Origin: an uncultured bacterium
Lineage (GTDB): Bacteria > Acidobacteriota > HRBIN11 > JAKEFK01
DNA: 64,000 bases
Reading direction: 5' to 3'
Assembly: GCA_963777505.1 (NCBI GenBank)
Contig: CAVZQN010000003.1
Coordinates: forward strand, 347,932 to 411,931
This document shows positions 45,893-55,804 of this stretch, piece by piece. Numbering within the stretch: the stretch's first letter is position 1; the number at the start of each line of letters is the position of its first letter. The position numbers and the translations under genes were made by a program. A model generated the notes under the pieces. It saw nothing but the letters and a program-made list of their open reading frames with translations, was not told the DNA's origin and ran no database searches.

Positions 45893-46522
45893 TTATTCTT
45901 CCAGATGAACAAGGCCGCGTTGAAGAGCGGTAGTCGCTGCTTGAGTCCTGTCACTGACACCCAATTTTGTAAATATGATGTTGATGTAACTCTTGACTGT
46001 TCCCTCTGAAATATGAAGGGTTGCGGCAATTTCCTTATTGCTCATTCCTTTAACAATCAATTTTAGAACATCCATCTCGCGCGCAGTTAATTCAACTCCC
46101 GGAATTCTTGCTGCTAGTTTTTCTGCAACTTCAGGCGGAATCCTTCGGTGACCTGCATGCACGGCTCGAATTGCTTCGAGCAATTCTTTTCTAGGTATAT
46201 CTTTCAACAAATAGGCTCGTGCTCCGGCTTGAAGTACACGATAGATTTCCTCATCTGCATGGAATGTTGTCAGTACGATCACTTTTGCATTTGGAAAATC
46301 TTTGCGGATAGCAATGATGGCTTGCACTGCATCCATTTCGGGCATCCGTAAATCGAGGAGTGCAATGTCCGGACGATGCTTGCGATACGATTCTACTGCT
46401 TCGCGGCCATTCGAGGCTTCAGCCACAACAACCATATCCGGTTGAGTCTGAATAATTGCAGAAAGACCGTCGCGTACAACAGGATGGTCATCCGCGACGA
46501 GAATTCGAATTTGATTCTCCAT
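45893..46522 (-). CDS. NarL/FixJ-family response regulator (receiver plus LuxR-type HTH)
   Basis: ILVADDHPVVR..LLDLRMP receiver domain. LTAREMDVLKLIVKGMSNKEIAATLHISEGTVKSY HTH. Confidence 0.9.
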   Translation of the reverse strand: MENQIRILVADDHPVVRDGLSAIIQTQPDMVVVAEASNGREAVESYRKHRPDIALLDLRMPEMDAVQAIIAIRKDFPNAKVIVLTTFHADEEIYRVLQAGARAYLLKDIPRKELLEAIRAVHAGHRRIPPEVAEKLAARIPGVELTAREMDVLKLIVKGMSNKEIAATLHISEGTVKSYINIIFTKLGVSDRTQAATTALQRGLVHLEE

Positions 46523-46556
46523 CGGCCTACAACAGAGTCGACAATCTAGTTAAGAG

Positions 46557-46588
46557 CAATCAGCTCTCAGCACTCATTGCTCAGCACT
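46557..46588. repeat. 3x CTCAGCACT direct repeat upstream of the LuxR regulator
   Basis: CTCAGCACTcattgCTCAGCACTCAGCACT. On the minus strand this lies between the TMTC-like stop and the regulator start. Confidence 0.5.
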
Positions 46589-46606
46589 CAGCACTTTTAT
46601 TATAGT

Positions 46607-48226
46607 CTACTCGGACGATCCAAATTCTTCCGCTATATTTTGGTGTTTCCTGGCTTCTTCGAGCCGTCCAAGTTGTCGAAGCACATCAGCAAGGTTTCGA
46701 TGAGCGGGGGGTGAGTTGTAGTTGCATCGAATTGCTTCTTTAAATTCGTTTGCAGCCTTTTCAAGCTGTCCCGATCTCTGATAAAAAATTCCAAGATTGA
46801 AGTGTGCGGTGTAATAGTCAGGGTTTATCGCGAGTGCTTGCTGGTAAAGTTTTTCAACATCTTCAGAAATGTTTTTCGCCTGTTTTACTGTTGCCAGGTG
46901 AGCGTACAAAGCTGCGGCAATCGTGTTGTTCTTGTTAGGCTGAGAGAGTGCACTTTTGAACTCTGTTTCTGCTTGATCCAGGTCACCTGCTTGAAGATGA
47001 GCAACGCCAAGCCTGAAGAGAACTTTGCTGTCGTTCGGATTCGTCTCGGCGGCAGCGCTCCATAAGCTAAGATCATTTTGCCAATATAGTTGCCGGACAA
47101 TCAGCACCGGTGAATAAATAAGCAGCACCAGGATTGCAAGGGTCCAAATTTGTTTTGAGTTTGGTGCCTCACCATGATTTCTATTTCGTAAATATCGTAT
47201 AAGACAACCGGCCATCAACAAGCAAAAACTAACCGATGGAAAGTACAAGAATCGCTCGTCAAGTGTAGTTTCGATTTGAATGAAACCGAGCACCGGAATC
47301 AAAGTGATAAGCCATATTAAGGACCAGGACCGGATCTTTTTGTCCTGAACGAACCACAACCCGGCTCCGAACAGAATTGTCGCAAGTACAGTCAGCCAGA
47401 CTGGAAGAATAGATGGTGGCGGTTCCAAATAGAGTGCGATCGGAGGCAAGATCATCAATCGTAAGTACGAAGGGATCAAGCTCAATCCAGATATGAACTT
47501 TTCAAAACTGAAAGAGGTGGGTCCAACGGTACCCAACGCGAAGTGGCGTATCAAAACGATGGATGCAAGTACGATTGCAAAAGGAATCATCCAAAGGAAA
47601 GCGGAGCGCCAGCTTTTTTCGCGTTCTTTCCAGAAAATTAATGCTGGTGTTGTTACGCTGATTTCTTTTGCAAGCAAGGCAAGGAAATATAACGGAGGCG
47701 CCAATACTTTGCGGACCGTAAAGGCAAGTAAACAAGAGAGTGCGAATAGAGTAGCAATTGCGTCTACACGTCCGGAAACGAATGTTACTGAACTGACATG
47801 TGATGGGTGAACAGCAAAAATCGCCGCGGTTAAGAGTGCGAGGGCGATGTTGTCGAAAAGTTTGAGAACGAGAAAGTAGAGAACGATCACAACTGTCACA
47901 TGAATCATAAGGCTTGTAAGGTGATGACCGAAAGCGGTCCGTTCCCAGATTTGCCAATCAGTCCAATGTGTTAGCAAAGAAATTGGCCGATAGTATCCAA
48001 GTGAATATTGTGGATTTCCCTGGCCGTAATAATCTTCGGTGAAGCCTTCCAGGATTCCTTTTGCTGATCGCAAATGAAAGTTGTTCAGGATCAGGTAGTG
48101 ATCATCAAAAACAAAGTCTGCGAAAAGGGAAGGAAGATAAATGAAGAAAGTACCGAAGATGAGAAATAAGACGTATTTTGAATGACCCTGTGACGGATGC
48201 ATGATCCAGGGTACAGGATACATCAA
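46607..48226 (-). CDS. TMTC-like membrane protein (PMT_2/DUF1736-type N-terminal polytopic domain plus C-terminal TPR repeats)
   Basis: The FDDHYLILNN..YYRP motif region is followed by about 10 TM helices, then TPR repeats (AHFNLGIFYQRSGQLEKA). Confidence 0.5.
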   Translation of the reverse strand: MMYPVPWIMHPSQGHSKYVLFLIFGTFFIYLPSLFADFVFDDHYLILNNFHLRSAKGILEGFTEDYYGQGNPQYSLGYYRPISLLTHWTDWQIWERTAFGHHLTSLMIHVTVVIVLYFLVLKLFDNIALALLTAAIFAVHPSHVSSVTFVSGRVDAIATLFALSCLLAFTVRKVLAPPLYFLALLAKEISVTTPALIFWKEREKSWRSAFLWMIPFAIVLASIVLIRHFALGTVGPTSFSFEKFISGLSLIPSYLRLMILPPIALYLEPPPSILPVWLTVLATILFGAGLWFVQDKKIRSWSLIWLITLIPVLGFIQIETTLDERFLYFPSVSFCLLMAGCLIRYLRNRNHGEAPNSKQIWTLAILVLLIYSPVLIVRQLYWQNDLSLWSAAAETNPNDSKVLFRLGVAHLQAGDLDQAETEFKSALSQPNKNNTIAAALYAHLATVKQAKNISEDVEKLYQQALAINPDYYTAHFNLGIFYQRSGQLEKAANEFKEAIRCNYNSPPAHRNLADVLRQLGRLEEARKHQNIAEEFGSSE

Positions 48227-48230
48227 GAAC

Positions 48231-48255
48231 GTAGGGGCGGGTCTAAGACCCGCCC
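48231..48255. repeat. Family 2 GC-hairpin repeat copy
   Basis: GTAGGGGCGGGTCTAAGACCCGCCC. Confidence 0.6.
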
Positions 48256-48266
48256 GGTGATTAAAA

Positions 48267-49091
48267 TTAACTTGCGGTACGGAAGCCGATTCCTGCGAGC
48301 CGATCTAGGCGTGAAAGACGTGCGCGATATGTTGTACGCATACGCCAATGGATCGACGAATAATCTCCACCGCGAATGATCCCGAGTGTTTCACGACTGC
48401 GGCGTGAAGGCTCAAAAGGTGCATTCGGATACGGAGCCCAGGAATCTGCAACCCATTCAGCAACATTGCGTGCCATATCCATCACACCAAAAGGGCTTCT
48501 ATCTTCTGGAATTGCGCCAACCGGTGTTGATGTTGAAGCTTGTTTGTCACCCCAGTTATCAATGACTTCGAGATTATTTCCCCATGGAAACATCCGGCCA
48601 TCATTTCCGCGAGCGGAATATTCCCATTCGGCTTCGGTTGGCAATCGTAACTTTTTCCATCTGCAGTATGCAGATGCTTCAAACCAGGAAATTCCTTCGA
48701 CCGGGTGTGCATCTTTCCCTTCCGGGAATTTACAATTGCGCCACAACGCAGGGGATAGATGTGAAGTTTGATCGACAAATAATTCAATTCGATCAAATCC
48801 AACAAGATCTGTGTCTAAATCAGAAGTCAGGATTAATTCCTTCCACAATTCCTTCGTTCTGTATGCGCCGGAATCCACAAATTCTTTATATTCCGCATTC
48901 GTTACCTGATGCTTTGAAATGCGAAACGCCGGAACTCTTACATTATGTGCTGGAACTTCCGGATACAAGATGTATGGATTGACATCAGCCTCTCGCGGAA
49001 AAAAATCACGGAAAAGGCGGTCTGCCGTTTCCCGAGAAAGTCCCATTTCGAATTCACCTGATGGTACAAAAAGCATTTCTTTGCTATTCAT
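48267..49091 (-). CDS. Formylglycine-generating enzyme family protein (FGE-sulfatase / SUMF1 domain)
   Basis: KHQVTNAEYKEF, GISWFEASAYCRWKKLRLPTEAEWEYSARG, IRGGDYSS motifs. Confidence 0.8.
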   Translation of the reverse strand: MNSKEMLFVPSGEFEMGLSRETADRLFRDFFPREADVNPYILYPEVPAHNVRVPAFRISKHQVTNAEYKEFVDSGAYRTKELWKELILTSDLDTDLVGFDRIELFVDQTSHLSPALWRNCKFPEGKDAHPVEGISWFEASAYCRWKKLRLPTEAEWEYSARGNDGRMFPWGNNLEVIDNWGDKQASTSTPVGAIPEDRSPFGVMDMARNVAEWVADSWAPYPNAPFEPSRRSRETLGIIRGGDYSSIHWRMRTTYRARLSRLDRLAGIGFRTAS

Positions 49092-49103
49092 TGTTCACCT
49101 TCC

Positions 49104-50963
49104 TCACTGTTTTTCCACGATTATGTCTTTCGCAAGCGCGTTGTAGTCTTCCATTCGCATTGATTCAATTCCGTTAGCTCCATCTTCTACACGACGCGGT
49201 GGTTTACGATCCAATCCTGCAACATCTGCAGCATCTGTCTTGCCTACACCATCTGGTCCCCATGGATTGCGATAATAGACACGGCCATTTTCGATTTTTG
49301 TAATTTCAACTGCATGCATTCCGCCATCCCATGCAACGCCAGTGAATACAGGACCACGTCCGGCATCGATTTCTTTTTTCGTGCGATTCAACAAGTCATC
49401 TGTGTGCCGGTTGAAATCTTTTCCGTGAAGACCTTTGAGCACTTTCATGTTGTCATCATATGTAAGGCCACCACCGTTAGGAGGATATCCATCTAAACTT
49501 CGTGACGATGGATTTGTAGGATCCGCAAAGCCATCATCAGGCGTACCCCGCTTTCCATCTTTTCCAGGATTCCAGTTTTGATAGCCTTCTCCGGGACGCG
49601 CATAATTCATCAACGCTGATTGAAGCAAACGTTCACTTGCCGTTCTACCGCCACGATCTTCCATGAATCCATCAGCAGGCGGCTTGATTGTGTCGCCATT
49701 TGTTAGTTTGGCTTCACCTTTCGTTGCAAGATCCGTGACAAGGCGCGAATATTCGCCGGGATTTTTATCGGCAACTCGGTGTGTCATGCTTGTCACCGTA
49801 CATGTGCCGCGATCGCCTTGATTGATCGTTTGTGCAGGCGCATTCATTTCTTGCAATAAACCGGAGAGTACTTTTGATTTATCTTCCGGTTTTCCAAAGG
49901 AAGTCAGCCGCTTATCGAGATTTGAATTTGCAAAACGATCTAAGTTATCGAGTGCAGTTGTGCCGTCTTTCGCTTTATCTAATAGGGCGGATTTCCCATT
50001 GATTTCTTTATCAAGCAATCCATTCAGCGCGGTTCTGCCTTCCGGAGTTGCTGTCCCGTAAACATTCAAAGTTTTTTGGCGCTCTTCCGGCGAAAGTTTT
50101 TCGAATTTTGGATTGTTACTTAGGCCATGTAAATCGGCCATGAATTCAGGACTCTTTCCTTTTGCTGCTGCCAGCTCCAACATTTTGCTTTTCGTGGCAT
50201 CATCCAATTTCTTATTGGAAACCATGTCATTTACAAGAACGCCTTGTGCTTCACCTGGATTTTTTCCGTAGGCTCTGAGTGCATCTTGTTGTGCATCCGA
50301 AGACAATTTTTGAAGATCTGGATTCGTTGCAACCTCTTTCAAATGCTTCCGGCCTTCCTCACTATTTCCTACATGATTGAGTTGTTCACCGTATTGCAAT
50401 TGAGCTTCGGGTGTTAATTTCTTGAAGTTAGGATCCTGTTCGAGTTTCAATCGCTCTTGAACGGCAGGGCTTGCGACACCATCTGCATTCATTGCATTCA
50501 GTTTTTGGAAATCGCGAACTGCGCCAGCTGTTTCAGGTCCATATTTACCATCTTGCTGAATTGCCGGTAACTTTTGATCGCCGCGCCATCCATTGAGATC
50601 TTTTTGCAACGTCTCAACTTCTTCACCTTTGCTGCCTGGTTTTAAAGGCGCATTAAAGGTGGTCTCTGGTTGAGCTGTTTTTTCTGGTGCTTTTCCATCA
50701 ATTTTTTGTTGAAGTTCCTTCGCTTGAGCTTGTTCGGCCATGGAATGTTCAGCTTTTTGCGATGCGCCATCCGTTCGCGGTGCTGCAGGTGTTTCCACAA
50801 CGGGCGGAGTCTGCTTCATTGTTTCTGTTTCTTTCGGTTTTGAAACGTCTTCTGCGGTTTGCGGCATAACCGCTGCTGCCGTGCCGCCATTGACTTTACT
50901 TACCATCGGAATCCTCCAGGTGTTTGATCGAGCACTAGAATATGCCGTCCTGACTTCGCACAC
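49104..50963 (-). CDS. Leaderless protein with a peptidoglycan-binding (PG_binding_1) domain, internal repeats and a C-terminal papain-like Cys-peptidase-like domain
   Basis: PG_binding_1 is VETLQKDLNGW..DGKYGPETAGAVRDFQ. There are three NP.F.KL(S/T).E.Q....YG repeats. C-terminal GDRGTCTVTS...GGMHAVEI..YYRNPWG give a Cys-His-NxWG arrangement. Confidence 0.45.
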   Translation of the reverse strand: MCEVRTAYSSARSNTWRIPMVSKVNGGTAAAVMPQTAEDVSKPKETETMKQTPPVVETPAAPRTDGASQKAEHSMAEQAQAKELQQKIDGKAPEKTAQPETTFNAPLKPGSKGEEVETLQKDLNGWRGDQKLPAIQQDGKYGPETAGAVRDFQKLNAMNADGVASPAVQERLKLEQDPNFKKLTPEAQLQYGEQLNHVGNSEEGRKHLKEVATNPDLQKLSSDAQQDALRAYGKNPGEAQGVLVNDMVSNKKLDDATKSKMLELAAAKGKSPEFMADLHGLSNNPKFEKLSPEERQKTLNVYGTATPEGRTALNGLLDKEINGKSALLDKAKDGTTALDNLDRFANSNLDKRLTSFGKPEDKSKVLSGLLQEMNAPAQTINQGDRGTCTVTSMTHRVADKNPGEYSRLVTDLATKGEAKLTNGDTIKPPADGFMEDRGGRTASERLLQSALMNYARPGEGYQNWNPGKDGKRGTPDDGFADPTNPSSRSLDGYPPNGGGLTYDDNMKVLKGLHGKDFNRHTDDLLNRTKKEIDAGRGPVFTGVAWDGGMHAVEITKIENGRVYYRNPWGPDGVGKTDAADVAGLDRKPPRRVEDGANGIESMRMEDYNALAKDIIVEKQ

Positions 50964-51242
50964 CTGTATCCTGAGTATTGATTTGAACTAGGCCAGTGGT
51001 TGGCTGCAGTCTCTAACTTAAGTTAGAGAGACTTTTGACGTCTTATCTCTCGAGAGGTTTTACATCTGCTGTCGGCCGCTCCCAGCGTATAGCTTGGCTT
51101 CGAAAAAAGCGGGGAAATTCTGATGCCTTTACCCTGATCCGTCGGGGCGAGAACTCCATATTTGAGTTATACTTATGTAAGCAGAAATCTGGATGCCCAT
51201 CCAGTCTGTGAACATATAAAATCATTTCTGGAGAATCTCTGA

Positions 51243-53078
51243 ATGTCTGTAAAGGAAAAGAAAGACCTACAGGAAGTAACGATCCGGTTTGCTGGGGACT
51301 CTGGCGACGGAATGCAGGTTACTGGAACGCAATTTACGAATACTTCTGCCGTTTTCGGCAATGATATCAGTACTTTACCTGATTTTCCCGCTGAAATCCG
51401 GGCACCTGCAGGATCGCTTCCTGGCGTAAGCGGTTTTCAACTTCATTTCAGCAGCCGCGACATCCGAACACCAGGTGATGAACCGAACGTTCTGGTTGCG
51501 ATGAACCCAGCAGCGCTCCGTGTCAATCTTGCGGATCTCGAATCAGGCGGGATCCTGATCGTAAATTCGGACGCATTTTCTGCGAACAATTTGAAGAAAG
51601 CAGGTTATACAGGCAATCCAATCGAAGATGGAAGCCTTTCAGGCTATCGATTATTTTCTTTGCCGATTACCAGTCTGAATGCGAATGCGCTAACAGAAAC
51701 AACGCTCGCGAAAAAAGAAATAGATCGATGCAAGAATTTCTTTGCCCTTGGAATTTTGTACTGGCTTTACGATCGTCCAATGAAAGTCACTTTGGATTGG
51801 ATCGATATGCGTTTCAAAAAGTCGCCGGAAATCGCAAAGGCGAATGCGCTTTCTTTGAAAGCTGGATATTACTATGGCGAAACGACCGAACTTTTCACAA
51901 CACATTATCGAGTTGAAAAGGCAAAGCTGGCGCCGGGTAAATATAGAAACATTACAGGCAATGAAGCGACTGCGATCGGACTGATTACAGCATCGCAGCT
52001 TGCTGGACGTCCGTTATTTTATGCAAGTTATCCGATCACACCGGCGAGTGACATCCTTCATGAATTATCGAAGCATCAAAACTTCGGTGTAAAAAGTTTC
52101 CAGGCGGAAGATGAAATTGCTGCAATGGGAGCTGCAATAGGCGCTTCATTCTCCGGTTACTTGGGATTGACTGGAACGAGCGGTCCTGGATTGTGTTTGA
52201 AATCGGAAGGGTTGAATCTTGCTGTGATGACGGAACTTCCGGTTGTTGTTGTTGACGTTCAGCGAGGCGGTCCAAGCACAGGTCTTCCAACCAAGACAGA
52301 ACAAGCTGATCTTCTGCAAGCGATGTATGGACGCAATAGCGAATCACCTGTCGCAATTGTCGCGCCTTCAACTCCAAGCGATTGTTTCACGATGGCGATT
52401 GAAGCATGGCGGATTGCAATTAAGTATATGACCCCCGTTCTCTATCTTTCTGATGGATATCTCGCGAATGGTTCGGAGCCATGGCAAATTCCAATAGTGG
52501 AGAATCTGCCCAAGATTGAAGTGAATTTCCGCACTGACCCCGAAGGATTTTTTCCATATTCACGTGATGAACAAACGTTAGCACGTCCGTGGGCAATTCC
52601 TGGAACTCCTGGTCTTGAGCATCGGATTGGCGGATTGGAAAAGCAAAACATAACGGGAAATGTAAGTTATGATCCTGAAAATCACGATCTTATGGTTCGA
52701 TTGCGAGCTGAAAAGATTGCCAGGATTGCAAACGATATTCCGGATATCGAAGTGCTCGGTGAACGTGAAGGCGAAGTTCTGGTTGTTGGTTGGGGAGGAA
52801 CTTATGGCGCTCTGACTGCAGCAGTTGAAGAATGTCGTGGAAGGAATCTCTCCGTTTCAAGTATCCATTTACGTCATTTGAATCCGTTCCCAAAAAATCT
52901 TGGAGATATTCTTGGAAGGTTCGAAAAGATTCTGATTCCTGAATTGAATCTCGGCCAACTTGCACTGTTATTGCGTGCAAAATTCCTTGTGCCTGCAATC
53001 AGTTTTACTAAAGTCAAAGGCAAGCCATTCAAAATTTCTGAAATTATCGATCAGATCGAAGAAACACTGGAGAAATAA
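51243..53078 (+). CDS. korA: 2-oxoacid:ferredoxin oxidoreductase subunit alpha (KorA-type, fused alpha/gamma)
   Basis: The N-terminus [13 protein letters not shown] and overall architecture match the actinobacterial-type KorA. Confidence 0.8.
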   Translation: MSVKEKKDLQEVTIRFAGDSGDGMQVTGTQFTNTSAVFGNDISTLPDFPAEIRAPAGSLPGVSGFQLHFSSRDIRTPGDEPNVLVAMNPAALRVNLADLESGGILIVNSDAFSANNLKKAGYTGNPIEDGSLSGYRLFSLPITSLNANALTETTLAKKEIDRCKNFFALGILYWLYDRPMKVTLDWIDMRFKKSPEIAKANALSLKAGYYYGETTELFTTHYRVEKAKLAPGKYRNITGNEATAIGLITASQLAGRPLFYASYPITPASDILHELSKHQNFGVKSFQAEDEIAAMGAAIGASFSGYLGLTGTSGPGLCLKSEGLNLAVMTELPVVVVDVQRGGPSTGLPTKTEQADLLQAMYGRNSESPVAIVAPSTPSDCFTMAIEAWRIAIKYMTPVLYLSDGYLANGSEPWQIPIVENLPKIEVNFRTDPEGFFPYSRDEQTLARPWAIPGTPGLEHRIGGLEKQNITGNVSYDPENHDLMVRLRAEKIARIANDIPDIEVLGEREGEVLVVGWGGTYGALTAAVEECRGRNLSVSSIHLRHLNPFPKNLGDILGRFEKILIPELNLGQLALLLRAKFLVPAISFTKVKGKPFKISEIIDQIEETLEK

Positions 53079-53080
53079 AT

Positions 53081-54103
53081 ATGAGTACGACAGCTGCGCC
53101 GCAGCCATTAACCCGAAAAGATTTTGAATCCGATCAGGAAATTCGTTGGTGTCCTGGTTGTGGTGATTATTCAATTCTGGCTCAAACCCAGAAAGTACTT
53201 CCGGAGCTTGATGTGCCTCGCGAAAATTTCGTGTTTGTCTCCGGAATCGGTTGTTCAAGCCGCTTTCCGTATTATGTGAACACATACGGCTTTCACAGCA
53301 TTCATGGCCGCGCTCCCGCGATTGCAACCGGAGTTAAAGCAAGCCGTCCAGATTTATACGTGTGGGTTGTTACCGGTGACGGCGATGGCTTAAGCATCGG
53401 TGGAAACCATTTAATCCACTGTATCCGGCGAAACGTGGATCTCAAGATCATCCTTTTTAACAACCGGATTTACGGTTTAACAAAAGGGCAATATTCTCCG
53501 ACTTCCGAATTCGGCAAAAAAACAAAATCAACACCAATGGGTTCGATTGACTATCCGGTGAATCCACTTCATCTTGCAATTGCTGCCGAAGCTACATTTG
53601 TCGCTCGCTCTTTCGATATCGACACAAAACATCTTCAAGAGATTTTAGTCCGTGCTGCAAAACACAAAGGAACGGCATTCGTTGAAGTATTTCAGAATTG
53701 CAACATCTTCAATGATGGTGCGTTCAAAGGATTTACTGATAAAGACGTTCGCGATGACCGTGTCGTTTACGTTCAACATGGCAAACCACTCGTATTCGGT
53801 AAGAATCACGATAAGGGGCTAAGGTTGAATGGAACAGACCTTGAAGTCGTAACTTTAGGTAACGGCGTTAGCGAAGCAGACCTGCTTGTCTATAATGAAG
53901 AAGATCCAAGTCCTGTCATGTCTTATCTTGTTTCAGGACTCGAATTTCCACATTTTCCTGTGCCAGTTGGAGTGTTCCGCAGTATCCTTAAACCAACTTA
54001 CGATCAATTGATGGAAGCTCAAGTTCAAAGATCAATTGAAATGCACGGGAAGGGAGATCTGGAAAAATTGTTCAACGCTGGCGATACCTGGACTGTAGAA
54101 TAG
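53081..54103 (+). CDS. korB: 2-oxoacid:ferredoxin oxidoreductase subunit beta (TPP-binding)
   Basis: CPGCGDY, GIGCSSR and the TPP motif GDGDGLSIGGNH. Confidence 0.8.
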   Translation: MSTTAAPQPLTRKDFESDQEIRWCPGCGDYSILAQTQKVLPELDVPRENFVFVSGIGCSSRFPYYVNTYGFHSIHGRAPAIATGVKASRPDLYVWVVTGDGDGLSIGGNHLIHCIRRNVDLKIILFNNRIYGLTKGQYSPTSEFGKKTKSTPMGSIDYPVNPLHLAIAAEATFVARSFDIDTKHLQEILVRAAKHKGTAFVEVFQNCNIFNDGAFKGFTDKDVRDDRVVYVQHGKPLVFGKNHDKGLRLNGTDLEVVTLGNGVSEADLLVYNEEDPSPVMSYLVSGLEFPHFPVPVGVFRSILKPTYDQLMEAQVQRSIEMHGKGDLEKLFNAGDTWTVE

Positions 54104-54117
54104 CTTTCGTTTTTTGA

Positions 54118-55305
54118 ATGAAACAATTCGCAATTGCAAGCCTGATCTTTTTTCTCTTTACAGGTTTTTTACACGCCACTATCCACGAGATTTCTTCTCC
54201 TTCTGGAAAAGACAGTCAGACTCCTTTTCTATTTGCGTCAGAAAAAAGCTTGTATATGACCTGGCTCGAAAAAACATCGAATGGTCATGCGCTGAAGTTT
54301 TCAAAATATGATGGCAAGAGTTGGAGTCAGCCATCTGTAATTGCATCCGACATTCCATTCTTTGTTAATTGGGCTGATTTTCCGTCTTTGCTGGCTCTAG
54401 ATGGGGGCATGCTCGCTGCACATTGGTTACAACAGAGTGGAAAAGGGAAATATGCATACGATGTCATGATCAGTGTTTCAAAAGACGATGGAAAGACGTG
54501 GAGCAAGGGGATTTGTCCGCATCGTGACGGAGTGCAAGGAGAGCATGGATTTGTTTCTTTGATTCCTGCGCCGGCCGGTGGTTTTGAAGCGATCTGGCTG
54601 GATTCACGAAAGTTTAATCAAAGTGACACACATTCAATGGGAAATGAAATGCAGCTTATGAGTTCAATTTATTCGAATGGCGCATTTCAATCTGAGTCTG
54701 TATTAGACGCCCGTGTTTGTGATTGCTGTCAGACAGCGGCAGCAATTACCGATCAAGGTCCAATCGTAATGTATCGGGACCGATCGGATACTGAAGTTCG
54801 CGATATCTCGTACGTACGGCGTGAAGGTGGTAAGTGGACTTCCCCCACGAGTGTGCATTCTGATCAATGGAAAATTGCAGCATGTCCTGTGAATGGTCCG
54901 GCAGTCGCTGCAAACGGAAAAAATGTTGCCGCTACATGGTTTACAGCCTCCGGAGATAAGCCGCAAGTATATGTAAGCTTTTCATCAAATGCCGGTGCGA
55001 CATTCGGAACACCGATCCGGATCGACAGCGGAAATCCAGGCGGCCGTGTTGATGTGAAATGGACTCAAAACGGAAATGCATTCGTAACCTGGCTGGAAAA
55101 CAAGAGCGGAAGCGGCGCGGATATTATGGTTCGAAAATTTATTGGCGAAAAGGCCGAGCGTTCTATTGTTGTTGCTCCTTCATCTTCAGCGCGGGCTAGC
55201 GGTTTTCCGAGACTCGCAGCATGGGGAAACGGCGTAATCGTTGCCTGGACTTATGTTGGTGATAACACAACATCCATAAAATTGGCGCTAATCTCTGTGC
55301 CTTAG
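54118..55305 (+). CDS. Secreted BNR/sialidase-like beta-propeller protein
   Basis: Signal peptide. Repeated S.DGG.TW-like BNR motifs (SKDDGKTWS, YDGKSWSQ, EGGKWTSP). Confidence 0.5.
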   Translation: MKQFAIASLIFFLFTGFLHATIHEISSPSGKDSQTPFLFASEKSLYMTWLEKTSNGHALKFSKYDGKSWSQPSVIASDIPFFVNWADFPSLLALDGGMLAAHWLQQSGKGKYAYDVMISVSKDDGKTWSKGICPHRDGVQGEHGFVSLIPAPAGGFEAIWLDSRKFNQSDTHSMGNEMQLMSSIYSNGAFQSESVLDARVCDCCQTAAAITDQGPIVMYRDRSDTEVRDISYVRREGGKWTSPTSVHSDQWKIAACPVNGPAVAANGKNVAATWFTASGDKPQVYVSFSSNAGATFGTPIRIDSGNPGGRVDVKWTQNGNAFVTWLENKSGSGADIMVRKFIGEKAERSIVVAPSSSARASGFPRLAAWGNGVIVAWTYVGDNTTSIKLALISVP

Positions 55306-55316
55306 CGGTAAAAAAA

Positions 55317-55775
55317 ATGAAATTCGTAGCAGACGCTATGTTGGGCCGTCTTGCACGCTTTATGCGTTTTGCAGGGTATGACGTTGAATACGATTCAAAA
55401 GCGACCGACGATTTCCTGTTCAACCGCGCCCGCTATAGAATGCTTTTAACGCGAGACCGCGAACTTGCAACGCGTGCTGCAAAAAGAAAGATATATTTCG
55501 TTGAAACTACAGGCGCAGAAAATCAACTCCAAGAAATTCAGGATCAATTTCCGCTGCGAAATGCCAGCCCTCGCTGCCTGATTTGCAATCACCCTATTCT
55601 GCGAATCTCAAAGGAAAAGGTCAGCCATCTGGTTCCTCCATTTGTATATCGAACTCAGCAGCAATTCTTTCGCTGCAGGCAATGCAATCGAATCTATTGG
55701 AAAGGAACGCATTTTGAACGCCTCTCACGTGTGATACAATTCGATCCGAAGCGCAAAGTCCAGCTCCATGAATGA
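55317..55775 (+). CDS. Mut7-C RNase domain (DUF82, PIN-like) protein with a C-terminal zinc ribbon
   Basis: MKFVADAMLGRLARFMRFAGYD start. C-terminal CLICN..CRQCN. Confidence 0.7.
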   Translation: MKFVADAMLGRLARFMRFAGYDVEYDSKATDDFLFNRARYRMLLTRDRELATRAAKRKIYFVETTGAENQLQEIQDQFPLRNASPRCLICNHPILRISKEKVSHLVPPFVYRTQQQFFRCRQCNRIYWKGTHFERLSRVIQFDPKRKVQLHE

Positions 55776-55804
55776 CTTTGAGCGGGGGAACTCAGATCTG
55801 AGAG

